From: a virus
Taxonomy: Duplodnaviria > Heunggongvirae > Uroviricota > Caudoviricetes
Virus record (IMG/VR): IMGVR_UViG_2778261545_000003
Direction: 5' to 3' (one strand)
DNA: 37,682 bases
Numbering within the stretch: the stretch's first letter is position 1; every line of letters begins with the position of its first letter. The position numbers and the translations under genes were made by a program. This document shows positions 1 to 9,088 of the stretch, piece by piece. The notes under the pieces were generated by a model, which saw only the letters and a list, made by a program, of their open reading frames with translations, was not told the DNA's origin and searched no databases.

Positions 1-1053
1 TTACGGGGTAATGCCAACCTCTGCCGCCACTTTGTCGCCACTTGGCAGCGTTGCCAGAGGATTGAAACGGAGCGCCGTTTCCAGATGATCCGGTGCCAGA
101 TGTGCGTAACGCATAGTCATTTTTATGTCGTGATGTCCGAGGATTTTTTGCAAAGCAAGGATATTTCCACCCGACATCATGAAATGCGCCGCAAACGTAT
201 GGCGCAGAACGTGTGTCAGTTGACCGCGAGGGAGCACGATAGACGTTTTTCCCATCACAGATAAAAATTGAAAATAGCAGTCTGTGAAGAAATTGAACCC
301 ATCAAGCGCCATGATCTCTTCGTAAAGTTCTTTACTGATAGGGATGCTTCTGTTTTTCTTCCCCTTCGTTCTTACAAAGGTAATTCGGTATTTGGTCACC
401 TGTGAGCGGGTAAGATTTACAGCTTCACGCCAGCGTGCGCCTGTGCTTAAGCATATCTTAACTACCAGTGCCAGAATTGGGTCCTGACGTTTGCAATCAG
501 CCAGTAATTCAACAATCTGCTCATGGGTAAGCCATGCCATCTCTTTTTCTGCGATGGTGAATTTTCGCATGTTCTCCAGTGGGTTCGGATACGACCATTC
601 GCCCAGGCGGGATAGTTCGCTAAAAACACTACTAAGATAGCTTTGCTCCAGGTTAATGGTGACCGGGCTTGCTCCTTTCTTCCATTTTTCGCTGAAGTAG
701 ATCTCTCCTGTCAGGCGTTTATCTCGATAGTGGGCAAACATTTTAGAGGTGAGATCGGTTGCAATGGGATTTCCCAGGGCGTCAACCATCAACAGCAATT
801 TGTCATAGACATGCTGCCCAGCTGTCAGAGATTTACCATGTAGTTTGAACCATAGTTCAACCACGTCTTTCAGTGTTCGACGATCCACTGATTCACCCAG
901 CCAGGGTTTTGCTTCGGTTTCTTCCATCGTGTGACGCTCAAAAGCCAGAGCTTCGCCTTTGGTGGCGAATTGTTTACGCACACGACGTCCACTACGTCCG
1001 GCAGGGTAACATTCGCAAAGCCATTTTCCTGTGGTGAGTTTTCGTACTGCCAT
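1..1053 (-). CDS. int: Tyrosine integrase (P2/186 family)
   Basis: 350-aa ORF with tyrosine-recombinase C-terminal signature (..HVLRHTFAAH..GHHDIKMTMRYAHL..); located at prophage end, downstream of repressor on the same strand. Confidence 0.9.
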   Translation of the reverse strand: MAVRKLTTGKWLCECYPAGRSGRRVRKQFATKGEALAFERHTMEETEAKPWLGESVDRRTLKDVVELWFKLHGKSLTAGQHVYDKLLLMVDALGNPIATDLTSKMFAHYRDKRLTGEIYFSEKWKKGASPVTINLEQSYLSSVFSELSRLGEWSYPNPLENMRKFTIAEKEMAWLTHEQIVELLADCKRQDPILALVVKICLSTGARWREAVNLTRSQVTKYRITFVRTKGKKNRSIPISKELYEEIMALDGFNFFTDCYFQFLSVMGKTSIVLPRGQLTHVLRHTFAAHFMMSGGNILALQKILGHHDIKMTMRYAHLAPDHLETALRFNPLATLPSGDKVAAEVGITP

Positions 1054-1078
1054 AAAAAAGCCCTCATATCAGAGGGCT
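1054..1078 (-). terminator. Intrinsic terminator-like hairpin directly abutting the int start codon
   Basis: On the minus strand AGCCCTC-tgatat-GAGGGCT followed by TTTTTT and then the int ATG; sits between the cargo ORF stop (1140) and int. Confidence 0.5.
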
Positions 1079-1139
1079 AAATTTAACTGTATATTTAAAC
1101 AGTTATCAATGTATGTTTAGGGTGAAATAAACATTGGCC

Positions 1140-2129
1140 TCACTCCTGTGCTTTTTCAGCGGTACTTGGCTTTAGTTTTTCTTTGGTTGAATCCCATAAA
1201 GATTGGATTCCCGGAGGGAGTTCTGTTTTGTCAGAAAATGCAGAGTTACCAGACATATTCCAGTCTTTAAAGACTAACACAGCATCTTCTTTTGTTGACG
1301 TGGAACCATAAATTTGCAGGAATACTTGCCCAAACATTAGTGCATGTCTTCTATCTTTTCTCAAAATTGATTCATGGGTATATTTTTTAGAGTTGCCAAG
1401 GCAAATATATGCTAGCCAAGAAAGAATGGAAATACCAATTAAACCACGTGTGAAAAAATAAAATAGCTCAAAGCCTTTAACATTGTTGAAGTCAATTGTG
1501 GCGTAGAGTGTATAAAATGATGCACATACAGCAAGTAGCCCAAAAATGCAGCCAGTAAAAGCCCATACTTGCGACATTTTAATGAAATATAAGTCATCTG
1601 AACTTAGTTCACTTTTAACGCTATCGACATATCCTGGTATTTTCTCATCAATCCTTTCTTGTTGTACTCGGCTTTGTAATTCGCTGTTAGATGCTTCAAG
1701 TTGCTTTATTCTAGATACGGCTTGCTCAATAATTGCTTCTTTTTCAGAATTTAGTTTTTCTAAATTCTCATTCCGAAGATGTAACGTAGCTTTGGACTCT
1801 TCAGCCTCCAATAAACGTTTGGTATATGATCGCATTATCTCTCGAAGATGTTTTTGTTCTTTTATTAATTCATCTATCTTATTGTTTTCATTAATAAAAA
1901 TATCTCCAGCTTTATCGCTGTAGTTCATTTTTTCTTGCTGGGCTAATTTCCAGTAGTATTCTCTGAATTTATCAAGTTCACCTTTTTTTAATAAGTCGAC
2001 TAAGTAGGCGCGTTCATTTTCATTAAATTTATGTAGATTTTCATTTAAAATATTATAAAGATCTTTCCATTCGCAATTAACTTTTTCAACATAATCGTTG
2101 TTTTCATTTTTTTTATTTTCAGAATTCAT
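1140..2129 (-). CDS. Cargo protein, N-terminal coiled coil plus two predicted transmembrane helices (candidate superinfection-exclusion/abortive-infection effector)
   Basis: ORF in the track is 1140..2207; the internal ATG at 2129 has an AAGGA Shine-Dalgarno and avoids overlap with cI. Product about 329 aa; N-terminal 200 aa rich in E/K/L/N heptad-like sequence, then hydrophobic stretches (VWAFTGCIFGLLAVCASFYTLYA and LFYFFTRGLIGISILSWLAYICLG). AT-rich relative to neighbours. Confidence 0.6.
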   Translation of the reverse strand: MNSENKKNENNDYVEKVNCEWKDLYNILNENLHKFNENERAYLVDLLKKGELDKFREYYWKLAQQEKMNYSDKAGDIFINENNKIDELIKEQKHLREIMRSYTKRLLEAEESKATLHLRNENLEKLNSEKEAIIEQAVSRIKQLEASNSELQSRVQQERIDEKIPGYVDSVKSELSSDDLYFIKMSQVWAFTGCIFGLLAVCASFYTLYATIDFNNVKGFELFYFFTRGLIGISILSWLAYICLGNSKKYTHESILRKDRRHALMFGQVFLQIYGSTSTKEDAVLVFKDWNMSGNSAFSDKTELPPGIQSLWDSTKEKLKPSTAEKAQE

Positions 2130-2139
2130 GTATGTTCCT

Positions 2140-3078
2140 TTAAATTTCCTTTGAAAAAACGCAACAACATTTTGCGATGGTTGTAATGTCTTCAAGCTTA
2201 CAAACAAAATCAGTTGTATCTGATGTGATTTTTACTTTTCCAACTGGAATTCTTGTTAATTTTCTTAAACTTACTTTACCTTCAATCTCAATCAACCAAC
2301 TACCATCTGAAACATCATCATATTCTGTATCTGCAATAAAGGTTTTTCCTTCTGCGGTAACTCCAATAGGTTTTTTCAATCCGGAAGGTATAAGCGTCTT
2401 GTCAAATGCTAAGTAGCCTTCATCATGTAATTTACCGTCAATGATTGTTTGGTGTTTAAGTTGGGCTACAGAGCTGGAATTATCGATAAATTTGGGGCCA
2501 TTGCCGTTTGTGAGCCAGAGTAATGAAGTTCCTGTTTCAAGAGCGCATTGAATGATCCAATCGCTAGGAAACGTGTCTCGTAAGTACCTGTTTGCTACAG
2601 TGCTTTTTGAAACCTGCAAATGGTTTGCTAGGGCTTGTCGGGTGCTAAAGCCGTAGGCTGCGACTAAGCGATCAATTGCCGCCTTCCCTCCTTTATTAGG
2701 ATTTATGCTGGTCTCGATTGGGAACTTTTGGGCTATTGAGTTAGTTCTATCCAGGTCATCAGATTTGGTATGGGCTAAACGTTCATCATTTAATAAAACT
2801 GAGGATGATTCACAGCTGATTCCCGATGCCAACCAGTCGATAGATGCGCCGGTCTCTATACTGCAAATTATCACCCAGTCAGCAGGAAATGTGTCACGAG
2901 CATACCTGTTAGCCATCGTGCTTTGTGAGATACCCAGATGATTGCAAAATGCTTGCCGCGAAGTAAAACCATACGCAGCAAGTATACGCTCAATTACTTT
3001 CTGTCCCCCACGGTTTTGCATTATTGAAGTTTTTAGACTCTCGCTAATATGGCGAAATGTGTTTTTTTGAGTTGACAT
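2140..3078 (-). CDS. cI: 186-type CI-like immunity repressor with tandemly duplicated N-terminal DNA-binding domain
   Basis: 312-aa ORF divergent from apl/cII. Two about 60-aa repeats (VIERILAAYGFTSRQAFCNHLGISQSTMANRYARDTFPADWVIICSIETGASIDWL and AIDRLVAAYGFSTRQALANHLQVSKSTVANRYLRDTFPSDWIIQCALETGTSLLWL), about 60 percent identical, matching the phage CI-repressor N-terminal HTH pattern. Confidence 0.7.
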   Translation of the reverse strand: MSTQKNTFRHISESLKTSIMQNRGGQKVIERILAAYGFTSRQAFCNHLGISQSTMANRYARDTFPADWVIICSIETGASIDWLASGISCESSSVLLNDERLAHTKSDDLDRTNSIAQKFPIETSINPNKGGKAAIDRLVAAYGFSTRQALANHLQVSKSTVANRYLRDTFPSDWIIQCALETGTSLLWLTNGNGPKFIDNSSSVAQLKHQTIIDGKLHDEGYLAFDKTLIPSGLKKPIGVTAEGKTFIADTEYDDVSDGSWLIEIEGKVSLRKLTRIPVGKVKITSDTTDFVCKLEDITTIAKCCCVFSKEI

Positions 3079-3087
3079 AACCGTTAT

Positions 3088-3125
3088 GAGATCCTAATCT
3101 CCGTTTTGTGAAGTTCTGGTCACAA
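3088..3125. promoter_or_regulatory. Candidate operator inverted repeats in the cI-apl switch region
   Basis: GAGAT-ccta-ATCTC (3088..3101) and TTGTGA-N8-TCACAA (3106..3125) lie in the 88-bp gap between divergent cI and apl. Confidence 0.3.
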
Positions 3126-3166
3126 TTCAAACCGGCTCACCACAAGCCAATAGGAGATGTTGCATC

Positions 3167-3388
3167 ATGACCCCTAACATTTCAATAACTCTGAATACGC
3201 CACATGTCACAATTGAGCGTTATAGCGAACTTACTGGTCTTTCAATCGATACAATTAACGATATGCTGGCTGACGGTCGCATCCCTCGGCATCGCCTTCG
3301 GAAAGACAAGAAAAGAGAAAAGGTGATGATCAACCTTGCTGCTCTTACCGTTGATGCACTTACTGATTGCAATGTTGTATTCAACTAG
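3167..3388 (+). CDS. apl: Apl/Cox-like excisionase and switch regulator (small HTH protein)
   Basis: 73-aa ORF with AGGAG RBS, first gene of the rightward operon divergent from cI; HTH-like segment [24 protein letters not shown]. Confidence 0.6.
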   Translation: MTPNISITLNTPHVTIERYSELTGLSIDTINDMLADGRIPRHRLRKDKKREKVMINLAALTVDALTDCNVVFN

Positions 3389-3420
3389 TTCCATTTTGGG
3401 ATACATCAGGGGTATCGACC

Positions 3421-3930
3421 ATGTTTGATTACCAAGTTTCCAAACATCCACATTTTGATGAAGCCTGTCGTGCATTCGCATTGCGCCACAACCTGGTGCA
3501 ACTGGCAGAACGTGCTGGCATGAATGTGCAGATTCTGCGGAACAAGCTGAACCCATCTCAACCTCATTTATTAACCGCACCAGAAATCTGGCTGCTTACC
3601 GATCTGACTGAAGATTCAACGCTGGTAGATGGTTTTCTGGCACAGATTCACTGCCTGCCATGTGTACCGATTAATGAGGTTGCAAAAGAGAAACTGCCGC
3701 ACTACGTCATGAGCGCAACTGCAGAGATCGGACGTGTTGCAGCAGGTGCGGTATCTGGTGATGTAAAAACTAGTGCCGGTCGTCGTGATGCTATCAGCAG
3801 CATTAACTCTGTAACACGACTGATGGCGCTGGCTGCTGTTTCATTGCAGGCCCGTTTACAGGCTAATCCTGCGATGGCGAGTGCAGTTGATACCGTGACT
3901 GGCCTCGGTGCTTCATTCGGTTTGCTGTGA
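3421..3930 (+). CDS. cII: CII-like lysogeny-establishment activator (186 CII family)
   Basis: About 170 aa from the ATG at 3421 (SD AGGGG); position after apl and size match 186 CII; resemblance to 186 CII is from memory. Confidence 0.6.
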   Translation: MFDYQVSKHPHFDEACRAFALRHNLVQLAERAGMNVQILRNKLNPSQPHLLTAPEIWLLTDLTEDSTLVDGFLAQIHCLPCVPINEVAKEKLPHYVMSATAEIGRVAAGAVSGDVKTSAGRRDAISSINSVTRLMALAAVSLQARLQANPAMASAVDTVTGLGASFGLL

Positions 3931-3937
3931 GGTGCTT

Positions 3938-4138
3938 ATGCTGACGAAAGAACCATCATTTGCATCGCTGCTGGTAAAACAAAGCCCGGCAATGCACTAC
4001 GGTCACGGCTGGATCATGGGTGAGGATGGTAAACGCTGGCATCCGTGCCGTTCACAAGATGAATTGCTGGCAGAACTATCTACGAAAAAACGGGGGAACA
4101 AATGGCTATTGAAGGCGCTGCGGCGACTGTTCCATTAA
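3938..4138 (+). CDS. Hypothetical early protein
   Basis: ORF with GAGG RBS upstream of ATG 3938; early operon position (186 fil/dhr region); no recognisable motif. Confidence 0.4.
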   Translation: MLTKEPSFASLLVKQSPAMHYGHGWIMGEDGKRWHPCRSQDELLAELSTKKRGNKWLLKALRRLFH

Positions 4139-4443
4139 GCCCCGGTGAACGCCTGAATGGACTTAATCACATAGCGGAATTAAGGGCAAAAGTTTTTGGC
4201 CTGAATATTGAGTCAGAGCTTGAGCGGTTTATTAAAAATATGCGTGATCCACGGGATATCAATAACGAACAAAATAAACGAGCACTGGCAGCCATATTCT
4301 TTATGGCAAAAATTCCGGCTGAACGTCATAGCATCAGCATCAATGAGCTGACCACTGACGAAAAGCGGGAGTTGATTAAAGCAATGAATCATTTTCGTGC
4401 AGTGGTGAGCTTATTTCCCAGACGGCTAACCATGCCGAATTAA
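4102..4443 (+). CDS. Hypothetical early protein
   Basis: 113-aa ORF in the rightward early operon, overlapping the preceding ORF end. Confidence 0.45.
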   Translation: MAIEGAAATVPLSPGERLNGLNHIAELRAKVFGLNIESELERFIKNMRDPRDINNEQNKRALAAIFFMAKIPAERHSISINELTTDEKRELIKAMNHFRAVVSLFPRRLTMPN

Positions 4444-4510
4444 CCAACTAATGAAATTAATGGCGTAAACCCGCCGAGCATCCCTTTATCTAAATTCAGG
4501 AGAATTGATT

Positions 4511-4744
4511 ATGCGTAATATTGAGATCCTCACGACTAAAACCGGATCGGATGATGCAGGGCTTAATATTTTACTGACAGAGGCTCGTCTGGAAGAACGC
4601 CGGGCAAGGGCTGAAGCAATGGCAGCTCGCCTTGATAGCCTGGCGTGTCATATCTCATCCCGTCAGCTAAACCACGTGGAAGCGGCAGAACTGCTGCGTG
4701 TGACTGCTGAAGCAATCCAGAACGAAGCGCAGGAGATCCACTAA
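4511..4744 (+). CDS. Hypothetical early protein
   Basis: ATG at 4511 preceded by AGGAG; stop overlaps the next start (TAATG). Confidence 0.5.
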   Translation: MRNIEILTTKTGSDDAGLNILLTEARLEERRARAEAMAARLDSLACHISSRQLNHVEAAELLRVTAEAIQNEAQEIH

Positions 4745-4971
4745 TGGCTGATGCAATGGATCTCGTACAGCAGCGCGTTGAAGAAGAACGCCAGCGCCAT
4801 ATCCGTGCTGCCCGTGCCAAAACACCGGGCGTGTCTCGCGTGCTTTGCATTGAGTGTGAAGCGCCAATTCCGCCAGCACGCCGCCGTGCCATTCCGGGTG
4901 TGCAGCTTTGCATTACCTGCCAGGAAATTGCAGAGCTGAAAGGCAAACATTACAACGGAGGTGCTGTATGA
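4744..4971 (+). CDS. TraR/DksA-family C4 zinc-finger protein
   Basis: 75 aa with CxxC...CxxC (CIECEAP...CITCQE); stop overlaps the dam start (ATGA). Confidence 0.7.
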   Translation: MADAMDLVQQRVEEERQRHIRAARAKTPGVSRVLCIECEAPIPPARRRAIPGVQLCITCQEIAELKGKHYNGGAV

Positions 4972-5825
4972 GCACCATCCTGAAATGGGCGGGAAATAAA
5001 ACCGCCATTATGTCCGAACTGAAAAAACACCTTCCTGCTGGCCCGCGACTGGTTGAACCTTTCGCGGGTTCCTGTGCTGTGATGATGGAGACGGATTACC
5101 CCAGCTATCTTGTTGCGGATATTAATCCTGATTTAATCAACCTCTATAAAAAGGTTGCTGCTGATTGCGAGGCGTTTATATCTCGTGCCAGAGCTTTATT
5201 TGAGGAAGCAAACAGGGAGTTGGCTTATTACAACATAAGGCAGGAGTTTAATTACTCCACTGAAATTACTGATTTCATGAAAGCGGTATATTTCCTGTAT
5301 CTCAATCGTCATGGTTACCGTGGGTTATGTCGTTATAACAAGAGCGGGCATTTCAACATTCCATACGGTAATTATAAAAATCCGTATTTCCCTGAAAAAG
5401 AAATTCGCGCATTTGCAGAGAAAGCCCAGCAAGCAACGTTTATCTGCGCCAGCTTTGATGAAACGCTGGCGATGCTGCAGGTGGGGGATGTGGTGTATTG
5501 CGATCCGCCTTATGACGGTACGTTTTCCGGCTATCACACTAACGGCTTCACTGAAGATGACCAGTATCACCTGGCATCTGTTCTTGAATATCGATCATCA
5601 GAAGGTCATCCAGTCATTGTTTCTAACAGTGACACATCCCTGATCCGTTCGCTGTATCGAAATTTCACTCACCACTACATCAAGGCAAAACGCAGCATCG
5701 GCGTGTCGGCTGGCGAGAGTAAATCTGCAACAGAAATCATCGCTGTTTCTGGGGCGCGCTGCTGGGTGGGATTTGATCCTTCGCGTGGCGTGGATAGTTC
5801 TGCCGTGTACGGAGTGCGTGCATGA
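4968..5825 (+). CDS. dam: DNA adenine methyltransferase (Dam-like, N6-adenine)
   Basis: N-terminal SAM-binding region (ILKWAGNK...PFAGSCAV) and DPPY catalytic motif (VYCDPPYDG); GGAGG RBS before ATG 4968. Confidence 0.85.
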   Translation: MSTILKWAGNKTAIMSELKKHLPAGPRLVEPFAGSCAVMMETDYPSYLVADINPDLINLYKKVAADCEAFISRARALFEEANRELAYYNIRQEFNYSTEITDFMKAVYFLYLNRHGYRGLCRYNKSGHFNIPYGNYKNPYFPEKEIRAFAEKAQQATFICASFDETLAMLQVGDVVYCDPPYDGTFSGYHTNGFTEDDQYHLASVLEYRSSEGHPVIVSNSDTSLIRSLYRNFTHHYIKAKRSIGVSAGESKSATEIIAVSGARCWVGFDPSRGVDSSAVYGVRA

Positions 5826-8236
5826 GCCATGCTGATATGAACAACTGCAGCGGCTTTAACGAGGCCGCCGCAGCATTCTCATGGAACAGCCCGAAAAAGG
5901 CTATTAACCCTTATCTGGACCTGGCGGAAGTTGCGCCGGTTTCTGCGCTTTCAAACCTGATCACTCTGTACGCTGCCGATAACGAGCAGGAACAACTGCG
6001 CCGCGAGGCACTGAGTGATCAGGTTTGGGAGCGTTATTTCTTTAATGAATCCCGTGATCCTGTCCAGCGCGAAATGGAGCAGGATAAGTTCATTAGCCGG
6101 GCAAAGTTGGCGCATGAGCAGCAGCGTTTTAACCCGGACATGGTCATTCTGGCAGACGTTAACGCCCAGCCTTCCCATATCAGCAGGCCGCTGATGCAAC
6201 GTATTGAATACTTCAGCAGCCTTGGCAGGCCAAAGGCTTATTCCCGCTATTTACGTGAGACGATTAAGCCATGTCTGGAACGGCTGGAGCATGTACGCGA
6301 CAGTCAGCTATCCACTTCTTTTCGCTTTATGGCAAGCCATGAAGGGCTGGACGGCCTGCTGATTCTGCCTGAAATGAGTCAGGATCAGGTGAAACGCCTG
6401 TCCACCCTTGTTGCTGCGCATATGAGCATGTGCCTTGATGCAGCTTGTGGCGATTTGTATGCCACCGATGACGTTAAGCCAGAAGAAATCCGCAAGACAT
6501 GGGAAAAGGTGGCAGCAGAAACCCTGCGACTGGATGTCATACCGCCTGCGTTTGAGCAACTCCGCCGGAAAAGAAACCGCCGTAAACCCGTGCCCTATGA
6601 ACTCATTCCGGGTTCGCTGGCGCGTATGTTGTGCGCCGATTGGTGGTACCGGAAATTATGGAAGATGCGTTGCGAATGGCGGGAAGAGCAGTTGCGTGCT
6701 GTTTGCCTGGTCAGCAAAAAAGCATCTCCCTATGTCAGCTATGAAGCCATGATGCATAAACGTGAGCAGCGCCGTAAGTCGCTGGAGTTTTTCCGTTCTC
6801 ATGAACTGGTGAACGAAGACGGCGACACGCTGGACATGGAGGATGTGGTAAACGCCAGCAGCAGCAACCCTGCGCATCGCCGCAATGAGATGATGGCCTG
6901 TGTTAAAGGTCTGGAGCTTATCGCGGAAATGCGCGGTGACTGCGCCGTTTTCTACACCATCACCTGTCCGTCACGTTTCCATTCCACGCTAAATAACGGC
7001 AGGCCCAACCCGACCTGGACAAATACGACGGTAAGACAAAGCAGTGATTATCTGGTCGGCATGTTTGCTGCATTTCGTAAGGCGATGCACAAAGCCGGAT
7101 TGCGCTGGTATGGCGTGCGGGTGGCTGAGCCGCATCATGACGGTACAGTTCACTGGCACCTGTTGTGTTTTATGCGCAAAAAAGATCGCCGCACCATTAC
7201 TGCTTTGTTGCGTAAGTTTGCCATTCGTGAAGACCGCGAGGAGCTGGGTAATAACACGGGACCACGCTTTAAGTCTGAGCTGATAAACCCGCGCAAAGGT
7301 ACGCCAACAAGCTACATCGCGAAATACATCAGTAAGAACATTGACGGGCGTGGTCTGGCTGGCGAGATCAGCAAGGAAACGGGTAAATCCCTGCGTGATA
7401 ACGCTGAATACGTTAATGCCTGGGCGTCTCTGCATCGTGTTCAGCAATTCCGCTTCTTTGGCATTCCGGGGCGTCAGGCTTACCGTGAACTGCGATTGCT
7501 GGCTGGTCAGGCGGCAAGGCAACAGGGGGACAAAAAAGCAGGTGCGCCGGTACTGGATAACCCGCGCCTTGATGCAATCCTGGCTGCTGCTGATGCTGGT
7601 TGTTTTGCCACCTACATCATGAAGCAGGGCGGCGTACTGGTTCCCCGCAAATATCACCTCATCAGAACTGCTTATGAAATCAACGAAGAACCGACCGCAT
7701 ATGGCGATCACGGTATTCGTATTTATGGCATCTGGTCACCCATTGCAGAGGGCAAGATCTGCACTCATGCGGTGAAGTGGAAAATGGTTCGTAAGGCCGT
7801 TGACGTTCAGGAGGCGGCAGCCGACCAGGGCGCTTGCGCCCCTTGGACTCGTGGCAATAACTGTCCCCTTGCTGAAAATTTGAACCAACAGGAGAAAGAT
7901 AAATCAGCTGATGGGGACACCAGAACGGACATTACCCGCATGGATGACAAGGAGTTGCACGATTACCTGCACAGTATGAGCAAAAAAGAGCGCCGGGAAC
8001 TGGCAGCAAGGTTACGCCTGGTTAAACCGAAACGGCGTAAAGACTACAAACAGCGAATTACAGACCATCAGCGACTGCAGCTCGTCTATGAGCTGAAGTC
8101 CAGAGGATTTGATGGTAGCGAGAAAGAGGTCGATGTACTCCTTCGCGGCGGCAGTATTCCGTCAGGAGCAGGCCTGCGTATCTTCTATCGGAACCAGCGT
8201 TTGCGGGAAGATGATAAGTGGCGGAACCTGTATTAA
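5822..8236 (+). CDS. A: Replication initiation protein A (rolling-circle HUH endonuclease)
   Basis: 804 aa with HUH motif ([10 protein letters not shown]) and paired-tyrosine motif (YIAKYISK) typical of P2 A / phiX174 A initiators; start overlaps dam stop. Confidence 0.9.
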   Translation: MSHADMNNCSGFNEAAAAFSWNSPKKAINPYLDLAEVAPVSALSNLITLYAADNEQEQLRREALSDQVWERYFFNESRDPVQREMEQDKFISRAKLAHEQQRFNPDMVILADVNAQPSHISRPLMQRIEYFSSLGRPKAYSRYLRETIKPCLERLEHVRDSQLSTSFRFMASHEGLDGLLILPEMSQDQVKRLSTLVAAHMSMCLDAACGDLYATDDVKPEEIRKTWEKVAAETLRLDVIPPAFEQLRRKRNRRKPVPYELIPGSLARMLCADWWYRKLWKMRCEWREEQLRAVCLVSKKASPYVSYEAMMHKREQRRKSLEFFRSHELVNEDGDTLDMEDVVNASSSNPAHRRNEMMACVKGLELIAEMRGDCAVFYTITCPSRFHSTLNNGRPNPTWTNTTVRQSSDYLVGMFAAFRKAMHKAGLRWYGVRVAEPHHDGTVHWHLLCFMRKKDRRTITALLRKFAIREDREELGNNTGPRFKSELINPRKGTPTSYIAKYISKNIDGRGLAGEISKETGKSLRDNAEYVNAWASLHRVQQFRFFGIPGRQAYRELRLLAGQAARQQGDKKAGAPVLDNPRLDAILAAADAGCFATYIMKQGGVLVPRKYHLIRTAYEINEEPTAYGDHGIRIYGIWSPIAEGKICTHAVKWKMVRKAVDVQEAAADQGACAPWTRGNNCPLAENLNQQEKDKSADGDTRTDITRMDDKELHDYLHSMSKKERRELAARLRLVKPKRRKDYKQRITDHQRLQLVYELKSRGFDGSEKEVDVLLRGGSIPSGAGLRIFYRNQRLREDDKWRNLY

Positions 8237-8328
8237 TTCCGCGGGCTAACAATTCGTGCTCTTAATAATACCAGGCATATCATGCTGATGAATGTAAAAA
8301 AACGTTTTACATCAGTAAGATTATTATA

Positions 8329-8348
8329 TACTGTAAATATAAACAGTG
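8329..8348 (+). promoter_or_regulatory. LexA box (SOS operator) overlapping the promoter of the tum/dinI-like operon
   Basis: TACTGTAAATATAAACAGTG matches CTGT-N8-ACAG exactly; TTTACA -35-like hexamer at 8306..8311 just upstream. Confidence 0.8.
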
Positions 8349-8389
8349 GTTATGCATACAGTGTTGCTTGTGGTGTCATAGGAGGAAAA

Positions 8390-8578
8390 ATGCAGGACTA
8401 TTTTTTGGAGTCTTTGAAGCTCCAGCGCATTGATTTTTTTCTTAAGCTTGTAGCGGCTAGTGAGTGTAGTGATGAAGAGAAGGGGCTGGCTCTGCAGTGG
8501 GTTTCTGAATTGACTGATGAACTCATGGCAAAGATCAGAATCCACGAATACAGCCGCTCAATGGATGTCATCAGTTGA
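8390..8578 (+). CDS. Small protein in SOS operon (possible Tum-like antirepressor component)
   Basis: 62-aa ORF from the ATG at 8390 with GGAGG RBS, immediately downstream of the LexA box. Confidence 0.4.
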   Translation: MQDYFLESLKLQRIDFFLKLVAASECSDEEKGLALQWVSELTDELMAKIRIHEYSRSMDVIS

Positions 8579-8588
8579 GGTGACTTTT

Positions 8589-8822
8589 ATGCGCATTGAA
8601 ATAATGATCGATAAAGAGCAGAAAATTAGCCAGTCTACCCTGGACGCCCTTGAATCCGAGCTTTACCGCAATCTGCGCCCCCTGTATCCCAAAGCGGTAA
8701 TTCGTATCCGTAAAGGTAGCTCTAATGGTGTGGAACTGACCGGACTGCAACTGGACGAAGAAAGAAAACAAGTGATGAAAATTATGCAGAAGGTGTGGGA
8801 AGACGACAGCTGGCTGCATTAA
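8589..8822 (+). CDS. DinI-family protein
   Basis: 77 aa, MRIEIMIDKEQ...LDALESELYRNLRPLYP...VWEDDSWL resembles E. coli DinI; SD GAGGTGA before ATG 8589. Confidence 0.75.
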   Translation: MRIEIMIDKEQKISQSTLDALESELYRNLRPLYPKAVIRIRKGSSNGVELTGLQLDEERKQVMKIMQKVWEDDSWLH

Positions 8823-8825
8823 GAA

Positions 8826-8868
8826 ACGTTGCTGGCGTCTGAACTTGCTTCTGACGTCAGCAACGTTG
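8826..8868 (+). terminator. Imperfect 15-bp inverted repeat after the dinI-like gene (possible terminator or binding site)
   Basis: AACGTTGCTGGCGTC-N13-GACGTCAGCAACGTT with one mismatch; no strong U-tract. Confidence 0.3.
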
Positions 8869-9088
8869 AACAACTAGTTTAGTGGGGCATTAGTCATGGG
8901 GTAAAATACAGTAACCATTATTTTCACTTCCGCTCAGATTTAACCGAACGTTAGTTTTGCTACGTATGATGGGCTGCAAATTACCTTTTGGGATTTGTGA
9001 TAGATACGAAAATCCTATTAGATGCTTGTTAGACCGGAAGCGCCACTTCGAACGAAAAGTAATGGCCACTTATGCCGGTTTAAAAGCC

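Noticed and set aside
1140-2207. Track ORF start at 2207 for the cargo gene, overlapping the cI 3' end by 68 nt
   Set aside because: The internal ATG at 2129 has a good Shine-Dalgarno sequence and begins just after the cI stop; the upstream extension is probably read-through of the same frame, not coding.
6989-7711. 240-aa minus-strand ORF inside replication gene A
   Set aside because: Antisense to a strongly supported gene with conserved motifs; no independent start signals.
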